Part shown: positions 18,744-28,774 of the stretch, piece by piece
How the letters are laid out: every line of letters begins with the position of its first letter
Position numbering within the stretch: position 1 is the stretch's first letter
Made by a program: the position numbers and the translations under genes
Notes under the pieces: generated by a model
The model's input: the letters and a program-made list of their open reading frames with translations, nothing else
What the model was told of the DNA's origin: nothing
Databases searched by the model: none
DNA from: Gammaproteobacteria bacterium
Lineage (GTDB): Bacteria; Pseudomonadota; Gammaproteobacteria; Steroidobacterales; Rariloculaceae
DNA length: 64,000 nucleotides
Direction: 5' to 3'
Assembly (NCBI GenBank): GCA_022825505.1
Contig: JAJDWR010000022.1
Coordinates: 15,046 to 79,045, forward strand

Positions 18744-19733
18744 ATGATCCGCATCAGCGCGTTTTTCTTCCTGGCGATGCCCCTGGCGGCAAACGCTCAT
18801 CACTCGGTGGCCGCATTCTACGAACCGGATGCCACAAGCGAGGTCGCCGGGACCATCACCGAAGTCAACTGGGTGAATCCGCACATCAGTTTCTCGGTGG
18901 AATCGATCAACGACGACAACGAAGTGGAAACCTGGACGATCGAATCGGGTCCCGCAAACGGCATGGCCAGAAACGGGATCACCCGGGATGTGCTCGAGGT
19001 GGGAACGGACGTCACCGTGGTCGGACGGCCCTCAAGTCGCGGCCAGATGGCATTGTACGCATCATCCGTGCGCCGCGCGGACGGTGAGAGCGTTGCCTTG
19101 CGCGGCGTGGGCTCGCGCCCCGACCTGCTTCAGGCCTCGGCGGGGCCGGAGCCTGAAGGGATCTTCCGCGTCTGGTCCCGCGGGAGGGCCTTTGGCGATC
19201 ACGTAAACAACTCGCCCACCGGCTTCGAGCTCCCTTACACGCCGGCGGCCCAGGCAGCCCGGGACCAATACGACCCGGTCACCGACGATACCGCCCTGAA
19301 GTGCATACAACAGGGTATGCCCGGCATCATGGACAACCCCTACCCCATCGAGTTCGTTGCAGACGGTGACGATATCGAACTGCGGTTGGAAGAGTGGTCG
19401 GTGGTGCGCACGATCCACATGTCCGGCTACGACGATCCCGAGAGCCAGGTGTTTACCCGCCACGGCTATTCGGTCGGCCGCTGGGAGGGCAACACGCTCA
19501 TCGTGGAGACCTCGAAAATCGACTGGCCGTTCTTCGACGATGTCGGGACACCGCAGAGCATGGCGGTGGATATCGTCGAGCGCTTCGCGCTGAGTCCGGA
19601 CGCAAGCCGCCTCGACTACGAGATCACGGTCACCGATCCGGCGACCTTCACGGAGACCATCTCGCTGGACGGTTACTGGAACTGGGTTCCGGGCGAGGAA
19701 GTCAAGACCTACCAGTGCACGCCCTGGCTCTGA
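18744..19733 (+). CDS. secreted protein, uncharacterised AxA|HHS...NPH family (DUF6152-like N-terminal domain), paralogue 1
   Basis: Signal peptide MIRISAFFFLAMPLAANA followed by HHS. NPH lies 29 residues after the first His. Shares a C-terminal module (GYSVGRWEGNTLIVETS, VERFALS, TVTDPATFTE, YQC) with three other ORFs in this window. Confidence 0.7.
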   Translation: MIRISAFFFLAMPLAANAHHSVAAFYEPDATSEVAGTITEVNWVNPHISFSVESINDDNEVETWTIESGPANGMARNGITRDVLEVGTDVTVVGRPSSRGQMALYASSVRRADGESVALRGVGSRPDLLQASAGPEPEGIFRVWSRGRAFGDHVNNSPTGFELPYTPAAQAARDQYDPVTDDTALKCIQQGMPGIMDNPYPIEFVADGDDIELRLEEWSVVRTIHMSGYDDPESQVFTRHGYSVGRWEGNTLIVETSKIDWPFFDDVGTPQSMAVDIVERFALSPDASRLDYEITVTDPATFTETISLDGYWNWVPGEEVKTYQCTPWL

Positions 19734-19785
19734 ACCAAATCATCTCCGTCGCGTCTAATCGGATAAATGGCTGACGGTCGAGCTG

Positions 19786-20196
19786 ATGTCCCGATTCAAT
19801 TCGCTTGCTGATTCACCCTGGGCTTTCTGGGCAGGTTCTCTGCTCTGGCTGCCCGCAGGGGTAGTGCTGACGGCACTTTTTCGCTTTCCCGATCAACTGT
19901 TCAGCCCCATGGGCTGGATGATGCTGCTTGGCGGCCTGGCCTCGTTGATATTCGTCGCCCCGTGCGGACTGCCGCTGGCGCTCGGATGCCGCGAGCTCTG
20001 GAAGCGCGGTTACCGCCAGGCAGCGTGGGCCTCGATGGTCGTGCTGGGGGTGGTTTCCGTTGGCGCAACGTTGCTCGCCGGGCTCCTTGGCCCGATCGCG
20101 ATCGCGGTATACGCGATCATCCTCAGCCTGCCGGTGTGGCTTGCCGTCGGTGTGGTCAGCGTCCTGCAGCGCCGGCGGGCAGAGTCCGCCGGCTAA
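19786..20196 (+). CDS. small integral membrane protein, unknown function
   Basis: 136 aa with about four hydrophobic helices. No recognisable motif. Confidence 0.45.
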   Translation: MSRFNSLADSPWAFWAGSLLWLPAGVVLTALFRFPDQLFSPMGWMMLLGGLASLIFVAPCGLPLALGCRELWKRGYRQAAWASMVVLGVVSVGATLLAGLLGPIAIAVYAIILSLPVWLAVGVVSVLQRRRAESAG

Positions 20197-20256
20197 GAGG
20201 CTGCGCCGCAGGAAATCACGGCGGCAAACTCGCTCTCGTCCGCCGCGTCGACCGCT

Positions 20257-21123
20257 CTATTCGGCGGTCAGCGACTCGTAGACCCCCTGAACGTTGAGCG
20301 CCCGCCAGGCGTCGTACTGCGCCCAATCGCTGTAGTCTTCCATGAGTACGGACGCCTGGGCCTCCTCCAGGCTCATGCCGGCATCCACCGCCTCGCTGAC
20401 GGCGGCCAGGAGTTCTTCCAGGTAGCCGGTCGTATCGTCCACGTCGGCCTTGGTCCCTACCGGGCCGTGGCCGGGGGCCATGATGTCGTAGTCCACCGTG
20501 GACTGCAGGTTTTGGTTGGCCTCGATCCATGACGTGATCGGACCCCACCCGGACATGGTCTGGAACGGCACGCGCTGGACATTGACGAAGTCCACGGCGA
20601 ACACCGCACGCTCGTCGGGGAAATGGATGATCGAGGAGTCGTTGCTGTGACTCGGGAGCGCGTGGATCATCTCCACGGTCTTGCCGCCCAGCGTCACGCT
20701 GGTGCTGTCGGAGTAGGTGGTATCCGGCGCGCGGACTTCGGCGAAGACTTCGTTGCCCTCCTCCGCGGCGAGGTTGACCACCGTGTTGTCGTGGCCCACG
20801 AATTCGGCGGTGTCCTCGAACACGGCCCCGCCCGAGGCGTGGTCATCGTGGTAGTGGCTGTACAGCACGTACCGCACCGGGACGCCGAAGCGCTCATCCA
20901 GCTCACCCTTCAGCCACGTCGCAAAGTCCGTGCTGATGGGATCGGTGAGAATGATGCCCTCGTCCGTCACCAGGAATACGTTGTGATGGGCGTTGTTCGT
21001 GGCCCGGTAGAGGTCCCCCGTGATGTTGACGATCTCCCGGAAGGGCTCATCCTGCGCCAGTGTCATTGGCGTAGCGGCCAGTGCCAGGACGCCCGCTGCA
21101 AATGCGGTCAGTTTGATATTCAT
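20257..21123 (-). CDS. secreted metallo-beta-lactamase-fold hydrolase
   Basis: Start at ATG 21123 (MNIKLTAFAAGVLALAATPMTLAQ signal peptide). HxHxDH motif (SHYHDDHASG). Confidence 0.75.
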   Translation of the reverse strand: MNIKLTAFAAGVLALAATPMTLAQDEPFREIVNITGDLYRATNNAHHNVFLVTDEGIILTDPISTDFATWLKGELDERFGVPVRYVLYSHYHDDHASGGAVFEDTAEFVGHDNTVVNLAAEEGNEVFAEVRAPDTTYSDSTSVTLGGKTVEMIHALPSHSNDSSIIHFPDERAVFAVDFVNVQRVPFQTMSGWGPITSWIEANQNLQSTVDYDIMAPGHGPVGTKADVDDTTGYLEELLAAVSEAVDAGMSLEEAQASVLMEDYSDWAQYDAWRALNVQGVYESLTAE

Positions 21124-21391
21124 GCCGTCTCCTCCTGTATTCCAAGCTGCGGATAGTTCTTCTTCGAGACTCCGATCCGAGTTTAACGCGTCCCCGCGCG
21201 CGCACAAACCCGAAATGCGGCTCGGGCCGCGATCAGAGCCGGCGGTGAACGCCGAATACAGCATGGACCGGCCACCCGGCGCCGGGTGTGTGCCATGGCG
21301 GACAGGGATTCGCCGTGACACTCCGGTGACAATTCGAGCGGCCCGATGCCTAACCTAGGACGCCCCGATACCGAACGCGCGGCCTGCATAC

Positions 21392-22723
21392 GTGTTGGAA
21401 GAACTTGGCATTGTCGGAGTCTCCTGGCGCCAGGACGGCAGCGAAGCCCTGGCACGCTTCGCCCTGCCGGAGGCCGGACGCGATGAGCGCCTGCGTGGTT
21501 TCGCGCGGCAGGCCGGTCTTGCGGAACTCGCATATCTCGATACCTGCAACCGGGTCGAGATCCTCTTCGCGCGCGCCGCCGACAGCGCTCCGGGCGATAC
21601 ACGCCACGATGACATACGCCCCCTGGCGTACGAACTCCTCGCGGGGCGAACACCGGCCCCCGGGGAAGCGGAGCGAACGCTCAAGGCATGGCAGGGCGAA
21701 GGCGCCTGCGAACACCTGTTCCTGGTGGCGGCCGGGCTGGACTCGGCGGCGGTGGGCGAAGTGGAGATTGTCGGGCAGGTTCGTGCCTGCCGCGATCTTG
21801 CGGCCGAAACGGGATTGAGCGGACCGCGGCTGGAACTGCTCTTCGAAGAGGCGCTGAGCATCGCGGCACGGGTACGGGGCACAACCCGCCTCGGCCACGG
21901 TCGCGTATCGCTGGCCGAGGTGGCGGTGGTGCGACTCCGCGAGCGGCTGAAGCGAACGCCCGGAGCCGTGGCGCTGGTGGGGGTATCGGCCATGACCGAG
22001 CGTGCGGCACGCTCGCTGGCGAAGGCGGGAACACCGTTGATCTTCGTCAATCGAACGCTGGCCAAGGCCCGGTTGGCGGCTCAGCCCTACTCCGCGGCGG
22101 CCGTATGCCTGGCCGACTTTCTGCGCGATCCGCCGGCCGTGGAGGTTGTCCTGAGTTCCGCCGGCGCGCCCGAACCACTACTGACGGAACCCGCGCTGGA
22201 ACGCATCGCCGCGAAATCGCCGTCCGGTCAGGCGCCGCTCTTCGTCGACATGGCCGTACCGGAAAACATCGACAGCGCCGCCTGCGAAAAGCTCGGGCTG
22301 CCCCGTATCGGCATGGACGAAATTGTCCGTGAAGCGCAGGTCAACCGGGAGGCCCGGCTGCTGGAGGCAGCCCAGGCCCGTCAGCTGGTGGACCAGGCCC
22401 TGCCGCGGCTCCGGGACCGGTTTGCCGAGCGCGTTTACGGCCCAATGTTCGGCGCGCTGCAGAACCGCTACCGCCACACCGCCCGGGAAGGCGTGCGGCG
22501 GCTGCTGAAGAAGGACCTCAAGGGCCTCGGGGATGCGGAGCGTCAGGCCATCGAGACCTGGGCGGAGGTGCTGGCGCGTCGCTTCGCCCATATTCCCACG
22601 CTGGGAATGAGAGGGCTCCTTCACCATGGACCCGACGGCTCGCTGGACGCCTTTCTCGAGGGCCTCGACCCGAAATTCTCCGAGGAGCTGCGTCAGGCCC
22701 TGGACCGTGGGGCAGTGCGATGA
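21392..22723 (+). CDS. hemA: glutamyl-tRNA reductase
   Basis: GTG start. Catalytic-Cys motif YLDTCNRVEI, GEVEIVGQVR, and an NADPH domain VALVGVSAMTE. Confidence 0.9.
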   Translation: MLEELGIVGVSWRQDGSEALARFALPEAGRDERLRGFARQAGLAELAYLDTCNRVEILFARAADSAPGDTRHDDIRPLAYELLAGRTPAPGEAERTLKAWQGEGACEHLFLVAAGLDSAAVGEVEIVGQVRACRDLAAETGLSGPRLELLFEEALSIAARVRGTTRLGHGRVSLAEVAVVRLRERLKRTPGAVALVGVSAMTERAARSLAKAGTPLIFVNRTLAKARLAAQPYSAAAVCLADFLRDPPAVEVVLSSAGAPEPLLTEPALERIAAKSPSGQAPLFVDMAVPENIDSAACEKLGLPRIGMDEIVREAQVNREARLLEAAQARQLVDQALPRLRDRFAERVYGPMFGALQNRYRHTAREGVRRLLKKDLKGLGDAERQAIETWAEVLARRFAHIPTLGMRGLLHHGPDGSLDAFLEGLDPKFSEELRQALDRGAVR

Positions 22724-23778
22724 AACTCCGCATCGGAACCCGGGGGTCCCATCTCGCCCGCACCCAGGCGGCCGGCGTTGCCGAATCACTGGCTGATCTC
22801 GGCCACGGCTCCGATCTCAGGATCATCAAGACCGCGGGCGATCGTTCCACGGCCACCTCGTTCGGGTCCATCGGCCCTCAGGGTGTCTTCGTGCGCGAGA
22901 TCGAGCACGCCTTGCTCGCCGGCAAAGTGGATATCGCGATCCACTCCTTCAAGGATCTGCCCACCCAGTCACCGGACGAGCTGACCATCGGGGCGGTACC
23001 GGAACGGCTTGACCCTGCCGACGTATTGGTGACGACACGGGAGGCGGCTTCCGTGTCGGCGGAAGCCCTGCCTGTCGTCAGCGGCGCCCACGTGGGGACG
23101 GCATCGGCCCGGCGCCAGGCGTGGATCCGGCATCTTCGGCCGGACATCGTGGTGGTGCCCATTCGCGGCAACGTGCCGACGCGCATCGACCGGCTGCGGA
23201 CGGACCTGGACGGCGTGGTGCTCGCGGCGGCGGGAATCCAGCGTCTGCGCCGGAGTCCGCTGGACGGCGTCGCCGATCCGGTAACGGATGAAATCGCGGT
23301 TCACAGGCTCAGGCCGGTGGATTTCGTTCCCGCACCGGCCCAGGGGGCGCTGGCGATCCAGTGCCGGCGAGGCGACGCCGAAATTTGCGAACTGCTGGAT
23401 TTTCTTGACCACGCCGCGACCCGCCAGGCGGTGCGGGCCGAACGCGCGCTGTTGGCACGGGTGGAGGGCGGTTGCGACCTGGCCTTCGGCGCGTGGTGTG
23501 ACGTTCCGGCTTCATGGGGAGGATCGCCGTCCGGCCGTCACGGTACTGACGCTTCGTCGAGTGGTCGCGCCGACAGGCCGGTCACGGGTCAGGTCCGGCT
23601 CGTCGCCTGGCTCGACCGCGGCGGCATGCTTCTCAAGGCCGATACGCGCACGCCGGATGCCGACCCCTGCGCCCCGGAAACAACCGCGACGACATCGAAC
23701 GCCGACGCGCGCGCATCGGAATTCGACCTGGCGGTGAACACGGCATGGACAGAACTGGAGCGGCAATGGACCGGGTGA
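22720..23778 (+). CDS. hemC: hydroxymethylbilane synthase (porphobilinogen deaminase)
   Basis: MKLRIGTRGSHLARTQA, HSFKDLP, IRGNVPTRI, VEGGCDLAFGA (cofactor Cys). ATGA overlap with hemA. Carries a low-complexity insertion and a C-terminal extension. Confidence 0.9.
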   Translation: MKLRIGTRGSHLARTQAAGVAESLADLGHGSDLRIIKTAGDRSTATSFGSIGPQGVFVREIEHALLAGKVDIAIHSFKDLPTQSPDELTIGAVPERLDPADVLVTTREAASVSAEALPVVSGAHVGTASARRQAWIRHLRPDIVVVPIRGNVPTRIDRLRTDLDGVVLAAAGIQRLRRSPLDGVADPVTDEIAVHRLRPVDFVPAPAQGALAIQCRRGDAEICELLDFLDHAATRQAVRAERALLARVEGGCDLAFGAWCDVPASWGGSPSGRHGTDASSSGRADRPVTGQVRLVAWLDRGGMLLKADTRTPDADPCAPETTATTSNADARASEFDLAVNTAWTELERQWTG

Positions 23779-24620
23779 AGGGCCAGCGGGTGCTCATCAC
23801 GCGAGCCGCCGAAGACTGCGCCGCCTGGGCTTCACGACTGGCGGATGCCGGCGCGGTACCGCTGATGCTGCCGTGCATCGAGTGCCACCCCATCCGCGAT
23901 CCAGGCATCGACACGTGGCTTGCCGCAGCACTGCCGACGGCAGACTGGCTGGTGCTGACCTCCCGGCGTGGGGCCGAGGCACTGGATCGACTGATTTCCC
24001 GCATCGACTGGACTTCCACCGACAAGGCGACCATGGCAGCCATCCGAATTGCAGCCGTGGGGCCGGCGACCGAAGCTGCGGCAGCCTCGCTTCCCGGCCA
24101 GGTCGAACTCGTGGCGCCGGGCGGCACCGCGAAATCTCTCGCCGAGGCGCTGGCGGACCGCCTCCGTGCCCGCACGGCCGATGGCCCGCTACACGTCATG
24201 CGTGACAGTCCGCGGCAAGGGAACGGCGCCGCGCTGCGGCCGCCGTGGCGGTCAAATGCAGCGGGGGGTTCGCCACGGACTGCCAAATGCCTGATCGCCG
24301 TGGCGGAGAACGCGGGGAACATAGTGGAGGAAACGCTTGAGCAGGCAGGCGGCGACTGTCTGCGGCTTAACGTCTACCGCACAACGCCGGCCGCGCCGGG
24401 GACTTCAAAAAAGGCGCTCTCCGAACTGGGTGCGGATAAAATCCTCCTGGCGAGCCCCTCCGCGGTGACGGGGCTGGTGAACCGGCTTGAACTCGATGCG
24501 GCCGTGGAGATTCTGACGATCGGCCCTTCGACCACGCGGGCGGCCCGCGCCGCCGGACTGGCCGTGACCGCGGAGGCGCCCAGACCCAGTCTGGAAGGGC
24601 TGATGGAGGCCATGCAATGA
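23766..24620 (+). CDS. hemD: uroporphyrinogen-III synthase
   Basis: RVLITRAAED, WLVLTSRRGAEA, VYRT, ILLASPSAV pattern of HemD. Alternative ATG at 23745. Overlaps the hemC end. Confidence 0.75.
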   Translation: MDRVKGQRVLITRAAEDCAAWASRLADAGAVPLMLPCIECHPIRDPGIDTWLAAALPTADWLVLTSRRGAEALDRLISRIDWTSTDKATMAAIRIAAVGPATEAAAASLPGQVELVAPGGTAKSLAEALADRLRARTADGPLHVMRDSPRQGNGAALRPPWRSNAAGGSPRTAKCLIAVAENAGNIVEETLEQAGGDCLRLNVYRTTPAAPGTSKKALSELGADKILLASPSAVTGLVNRLELDAAVEILTIGPSTTRAARAAGLAVTAEAPRPSLEGLMEAMQ

Positions 24621-25621
24621 GCGAAACGAACGTTACCGTGCCGGGGCGGGTACGACCCAGGCGACTGCGCCGCAATCGGGTCATCCGCGATCTCGCGGCC
24701 GAGACCCGTCTCGCCCCGTCGCAGTTCATCGTGCCGCACTTCGTGCTGGCCGCCCGCAAGGCCGAGCGGCCCATCCCGTCCATGCCCGGCATCGCGGAAC
24801 TGGGCCTGGACAACCTGCTCGGCCGGGTCGCGGCGGACCTGGACCTGGGCATCCGCTCGGTGCTCCTGTTCGGCCATCCGGACGATGAAGGGCACAAGAC
24901 GCCCGACGGCCTGGCGGCGTGGGCCGGCGACGGTGCGGTGCAACGCGCGGTCCGCCGACTCAAGGCCGAATTCGGCGACGATCTGGTGGTCATGACCGAC
25001 GTCTGCCTGTGCGCCTACACCGATCACGGCCACTGCGGGATCGTCGACGGCGGTGACGTGGTCAACGACGCCTCCCTGGTTCCGCTGGTGCGCACCGCCC
25101 TGAGTCACGCCGAAGCCGGCGCCGACGCGGTCGCGCCCTCCGACATGATGGACGGGCGCGTCGCCGCCATCCGGGATGCCCTTGACGGGGCGGGGCACCA
25201 ACGGGTCATCCTGCTTGCCTACGCGGTCAAGTACGCTTCCGGCTACTACGGGCCGTTTCGCGACGCGGCGGACTCCGCACCGTCGTTCGGCGACCGGTGC
25301 AGCTACCAGATGGATCCGCGCAATGTCCGCGAGGCAATTCGGGAGGCGCAGCTTGACGAGCAGGAGGGCGCGGACATGCTGATGGTCAAGCCCGCACTGG
25401 CCTACCTCGACGTGATCCGGGCGGTACGCCGCGCCAGCAACCTGCCCCTGGCCGTATACAACGTGTCCGGGGAATACGCGGCGGTCAAGGCGGCAGCAGC
25501 CAACGGTTGGCTGGAAGAGGCGCAGGTCGTGCGGGAAAACCTGATGGCCATGCGCCGCGCCGGCGCCGACCTGATCATCACCTATCATGCCCGGGACGCT
25601 ATCGAGGGAGGTTGGCTGTGA
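24617..25621 (+). CDS. hemB: porphobilinogen synthase (Zn-type ALA dehydratase)
   Basis: RPRRLRRN, Cys-rich Zn site DVCLCAYTDHGHCG, APSDMMDGRV, MVKPALAYLD (Schiff-base Lys). ATGA overlap with hemD. Confidence 0.92.
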   Translation: MSETNVTVPGRVRPRRLRRNRVIRDLAAETRLAPSQFIVPHFVLAARKAERPIPSMPGIAELGLDNLLGRVAADLDLGIRSVLLFGHPDDEGHKTPDGLAAWAGDGAVQRAVRRLKAEFGDDLVVMTDVCLCAYTDHGHCGIVDGGDVVNDASLVPLVRTALSHAEAGADAVAPSDMMDGRVAAIRDALDGAGHQRVILLAYAVKYASGYYGPFRDAADSAPSFGDRCSYQMDPRNVREAIREAQLDEQEGADMLMVKPALAYLDVIRAVRRASNLPLAVYNVSGEYAAVKAAAANGWLEEAQVVRENLMAMRRAGADLIITYHARDAIEGGWL

Positions 25622-26973
25622 GCGAGCAACGCGTCAGTAAACGATCAACGCAGTGGTTCGACCGGGCGCTCGAGGTCCTGCCGGGCGGCGTGAGTTCCCC
25701 GGTACGGGCGTTCGGGAGCGTCGGGGGCACACCGCCCGTCATTCGAAGCGGTGACGGAGCCCATGTAGTCGACGTGGACGGTAACCGGTACCTGGACTTT
25801 GTCGGCTCGTGGGGCCCCCTGATACTGGGCCATGCCAACCGGCACGTGGTCAGCGCCGTGCTCGACGCCGTGCAGGGCGGCACATCCTTCGGCGCACCAT
25901 CCGCCGTGGAGATCGAATTGGCCGAGGAGGTGGTGGCCGGTTATCCGGGTATCGAACAGGTCCGCTTCGTCTCCTCCGGCACCGAAGCCGTCATGAGCGC
26001 CGTACGCCTCGCCCGGGGCGCCTCCGAACGCGACATCATCGTCAAGTTTTCCGGCTGCTATCACGGTCACGTGGACCACCTGCTGGTGGCGGCCGGCTCG
26101 GGGCTTGCGACGTTCGGCACCCCGTCATCATTGGGTGTGCCCGAACCGAGCGCATCGCAGACGCGCGTGCTGCCACTGGACGACGATGACGCCCTGGCTG
26201 CGCTCTTCGACCGGGAAGGCGACCGCATCGCCGCAGCCATCATCGAGCCCGTGCCCGCAAACAACGGCCTGCTTCTCCAGCGCCCCAGGTTCCTCGCCAC
26301 CTTGCGCGAGCATTGCACGCGCCACGGGGCGCTCCTGATCTTCGACGAGGTCATTTCCGGATTCCGCCTGGGCCCGGGCGGTGCGGCCGCTCACTACGGC
26401 GTGCAACCGGACCTCGCCACGTTCGGCAAGGTCATCGGTGGCGGCATGCCGGTGGGTGCGTTCGGGGGACCGCGGGAATTGATGCGGCACCTTGCACCGA
26501 CCGGCGGCGTTTACCAGGCCGGCACCCTGTCGGGGAACCCGGTGGCCATGACGGCCGGTCTGGCGACGCTCAGATACCTCCAGCAGTACGATTGCTGGGA
26601 AGGCCTGGAGGAACTGGGCCAGTACCTGAAACAGCGTCTCGGCAATGTCCTGAAGCGATCCGGCGTTCCGGCAACCCTGGTGCGCATCGGTTCGATTTTC
26701 TGGATCGCCTGGGGTTCGACCGCCGATCCGCGCTCCGCAGAGGCGATCCACCCGGATGCCGCAAGTATCTACCGCGACGTGTTTCACGGCCTGCTGGAAC
26801 GCGGTATCGCGCTGGCGCCGTCCGCCTACGAAGTCGGCTTCCTGTCGCTGGCTCATCGTCCCGGACACATCGACCTGCTCGCGGACACCCTTGCGGAAGT
26901 TCTCGACAACCTGAAACGCAAGGGCGATCCAACCGCTCCGGCAGACGCGGAACCGGCCGGGAGCCAGTCATGA
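25618..26973 (+). CDS. hemL: glutamate-1-semialdehyde 2,1-aminomutase
   Basis: GTG 25618 overlaps the hemB TGA. Motifs LPGGVSSPVRAF, SGTEAVMSAVRLAR, FDEVISGFR, TFGKVIGGG (PLP Lys), GTLSGNP. Confidence 0.92.
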   Translation: MSEQRVSKRSTQWFDRALEVLPGGVSSPVRAFGSVGGTPPVIRSGDGAHVVDVDGNRYLDFVGSWGPLILGHANRHVVSAVLDAVQGGTSFGAPSAVEIELAEEVVAGYPGIEQVRFVSSGTEAVMSAVRLARGASERDIIVKFSGCYHGHVDHLLVAAGSGLATFGTPSSLGVPEPSASQTRVLPLDDDDALAALFDREGDRIAAAIIEPVPANNGLLLQRPRFLATLREHCTRHGALLIFDEVISGFRLGPGGAAAHYGVQPDLATFGKVIGGGMPVGAFGGPRELMRHLAPTGGVYQAGTLSGNPVAMTAGLATLRYLQQYDCWEGLEELGQYLKQRLGNVLKRSGVPATLVRIGSIFWIAWGSTADPRSAEAIHPDAASIYRDVFHGLLERGIALAPSAYEVGFLSLAHRPGHIDLLADTLAEVLDNLKRKGDPTAPADAEPAGSQS

Positions 26974-28058
26974 TTCTCAAGCGCGATCCCAGCAAGGCGC
27001 TGTTGCTTGGTTTTCTCGCCCTGCTGGCCATTTCCACCGCACAGGTGGCATGGTGGGTCGCCGACCAGAGAGGCCTGGCGCGCCAGGAACGGGACCGTGT
27101 CACGGCACTTTACGAAGCCGACGCGCTGGCGGTAACCGCAGCGTTCGCCCAGGCCACGCCCCAACTGCCGGAACTGATGCCGCATCTCGAGATCGACCCG
27201 GAACTGGGCACGGCCACGGTGCGTCCGGAATCCCTGGAGGCGCTCGCCGCGGATGCCGACTCGCGAATCAACCGCTACACGTGGGAGGGGGGGTTCTTCC
27301 TGCTCGTTCTTCTCGGCGGCATGACCGTGCTGACACGCACCATCCGCTACGACACACAGCTCAGGAAGCGTCAGCAGAATTTTCTTGCGGCCGTCTCCCA
27401 CGAACTGAAGAGTCCGCTGGCCAGCATACGGCTGGCGGCCGAAACGTTGATCCGGCGATCGGACGGCGGCCACACCGAACGGCTGGCCCGGCGCATGCTC
27501 GAAGACGGCGAACGGCTGCTGCGCATGGTCGAGAATCTCCTGGATACCACCCGGCTCGAGGACGGCCGGATCGAACTGAAGGGAGAATCGGTGGATCTGA
27601 GCAGTGCGGTGACCGCGGAGGTGGCGCGCTACCTGGAACCTGCGCGCTCCCACGGCATCGAGATCCACGTCGATGTCTCCGATGAGTTGCGAATAGAGGC
27701 CGATCCCGTCGCCATCGAAACGGTGCTGCGAAACCTGCTGGACAACGCCATCAAGGCATGTGTCGCGGCCCGGGGGCGGAACGTGTGGGTCGACGCGCAA
27801 CCGGACGGGAGTGTCGTGCGGATCAACGTACGGGACGATGGCAGCGGTTTCCTGCCCGACGATGCCGCCATGATCTTCGAGAAGTTCTATCGCCTGGGCG
27901 ACGAAATGCGCCGCTCCACGCCGGGTACCGGGCTGGGGCTTTACCTGGTCCGCGGCCTCGCGGAACTCTCCGGCGCCCGCGTCAGCGCCGCCAGCGAGGG
28001 GCCGGGTCTCGGTGCGACCGTCACCGTGAAGTGGCCGGCCGCGAGTCCGCCGGCATGA
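26970..28058 (+). CDS. membrane sensor histidine kinase (two TM segments, about 85-aa periplasmic loop)
   Basis: ATGA overlap with hemL. H-box AAVSHELKSPLASI, N-box LRNLLDNAIKA, G-boxes DDGSGF and GTGLGLYLV. The upstream part of ORF 26313.. is R/G-rich and overlaps hemL, so it is rejected. Confidence 0.85.
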   Translation: MILKRDPSKALLLGFLALLAISTAQVAWWVADQRGLARQERDRVTALYEADALAVTAAFAQATPQLPELMPHLEIDPELGTATVRPESLEALAADADSRINRYTWEGGFFLLVLLGGMTVLTRTIRYDTQLRKRQQNFLAAVSHELKSPLASIRLAAETLIRRSDGGHTERLARRMLEDGERLLRMVENLLDTTRLEDGRIELKGESVDLSSAVTAEVARYLEPARSHGIEIHVDVSDELRIEADPVAIETVLRNLLDNAIKACVAARGRNVWVDAQPDGSVVRINVRDDGSGFLPDDAAMIFEKFYRLGDEMRRSTPGTGLGLYLVRGLAELSGARVSAASEGPGLGATVTVKWPAASPPA

Positions 28059-28774
28059 ACGCGGCGGCAAATCCGGCCCGGATCCTCGTGGTGGACGACG
28101 AGAAGCACCTGGCCGACGGCGTGTGCGAAATTCTCCGGGCCGAGGGCTATGCCGCAGAGGTGGCCCATGACGGAGTGGAAGGCTTGCGCAAGGCGCTTGC
28201 GCACAGCTTCGACCTGATTCTGCTGGACGTGATGATGCCGAAGATGGATGGGCTCAGAGCCTGCGAGGAACTGCGCCGCAACGGCCTGCACACGCCGGTG
28301 CTGTTTCTGACCGTCAAGGGCGCCCCCGAAGACCGCATTCGCGGTCTGGAAGCCGGCGGGGACGACTACCTGGCGAAGCCGTTTCATCTGAAGGAATTGC
28401 TGCTGCGCGTCGCCGCCATGCTGCGCCGCAGCCACTGGTACTCGCGCGCGGGGCAGACGCTCGGCTTCAACGGCAATACCATCGACTTTCTGACGTATCA
28501 CGCCACCGCGTGGGACGGCAGCGACCACACGCTGACCCACAAGGAAGCCATGATCCTTAAATTTCTGGCCGAACAGGACGGCGCGATCGTGCCGCGGGAA
28601 GACATCCTGGACCGGGTCTGGGGTTACGAGGTGTATCCGTCTACGCGCACCATCGACAACTTCATCGTGCGGCTGCGCAAGCGCTTCGAACGCAATCCCG
28701 AGATGCCGGAGCACTTCCATACCGTGCGCGGCGTCGGGTACCGGTTTACCCGGCATGCGGAGCAATCCCAATGA
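28055..28774 (+). CDS. OmpR/PhoB-family response regulator
   Basis: ATGA overlap with the kinase. Receiver motifs ILVVDDE, DLILLDVMMPKMDG, KG. Winged-helix C-terminus TVRGVGYRF. Confidence 0.88.
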   Translation: MNAAANPARILVVDDEKHLADGVCEILRAEGYAAEVAHDGVEGLRKALAHSFDLILLDVMMPKMDGLRACEELRRNGLHTPVLFLTVKGAPEDRIRGLEAGGDDYLAKPFHLKELLLRVAAMLRRSHWYSRAGQTLGFNGNTIDFLTYHATAWDGSDHTLTHKEAMILKFLAEQDGAIVPREDILDRVWGYEVYPSTRTIDNFIVRLRKRFERNPEMPEHFHTVRGVGYRFTRHAEQSQ

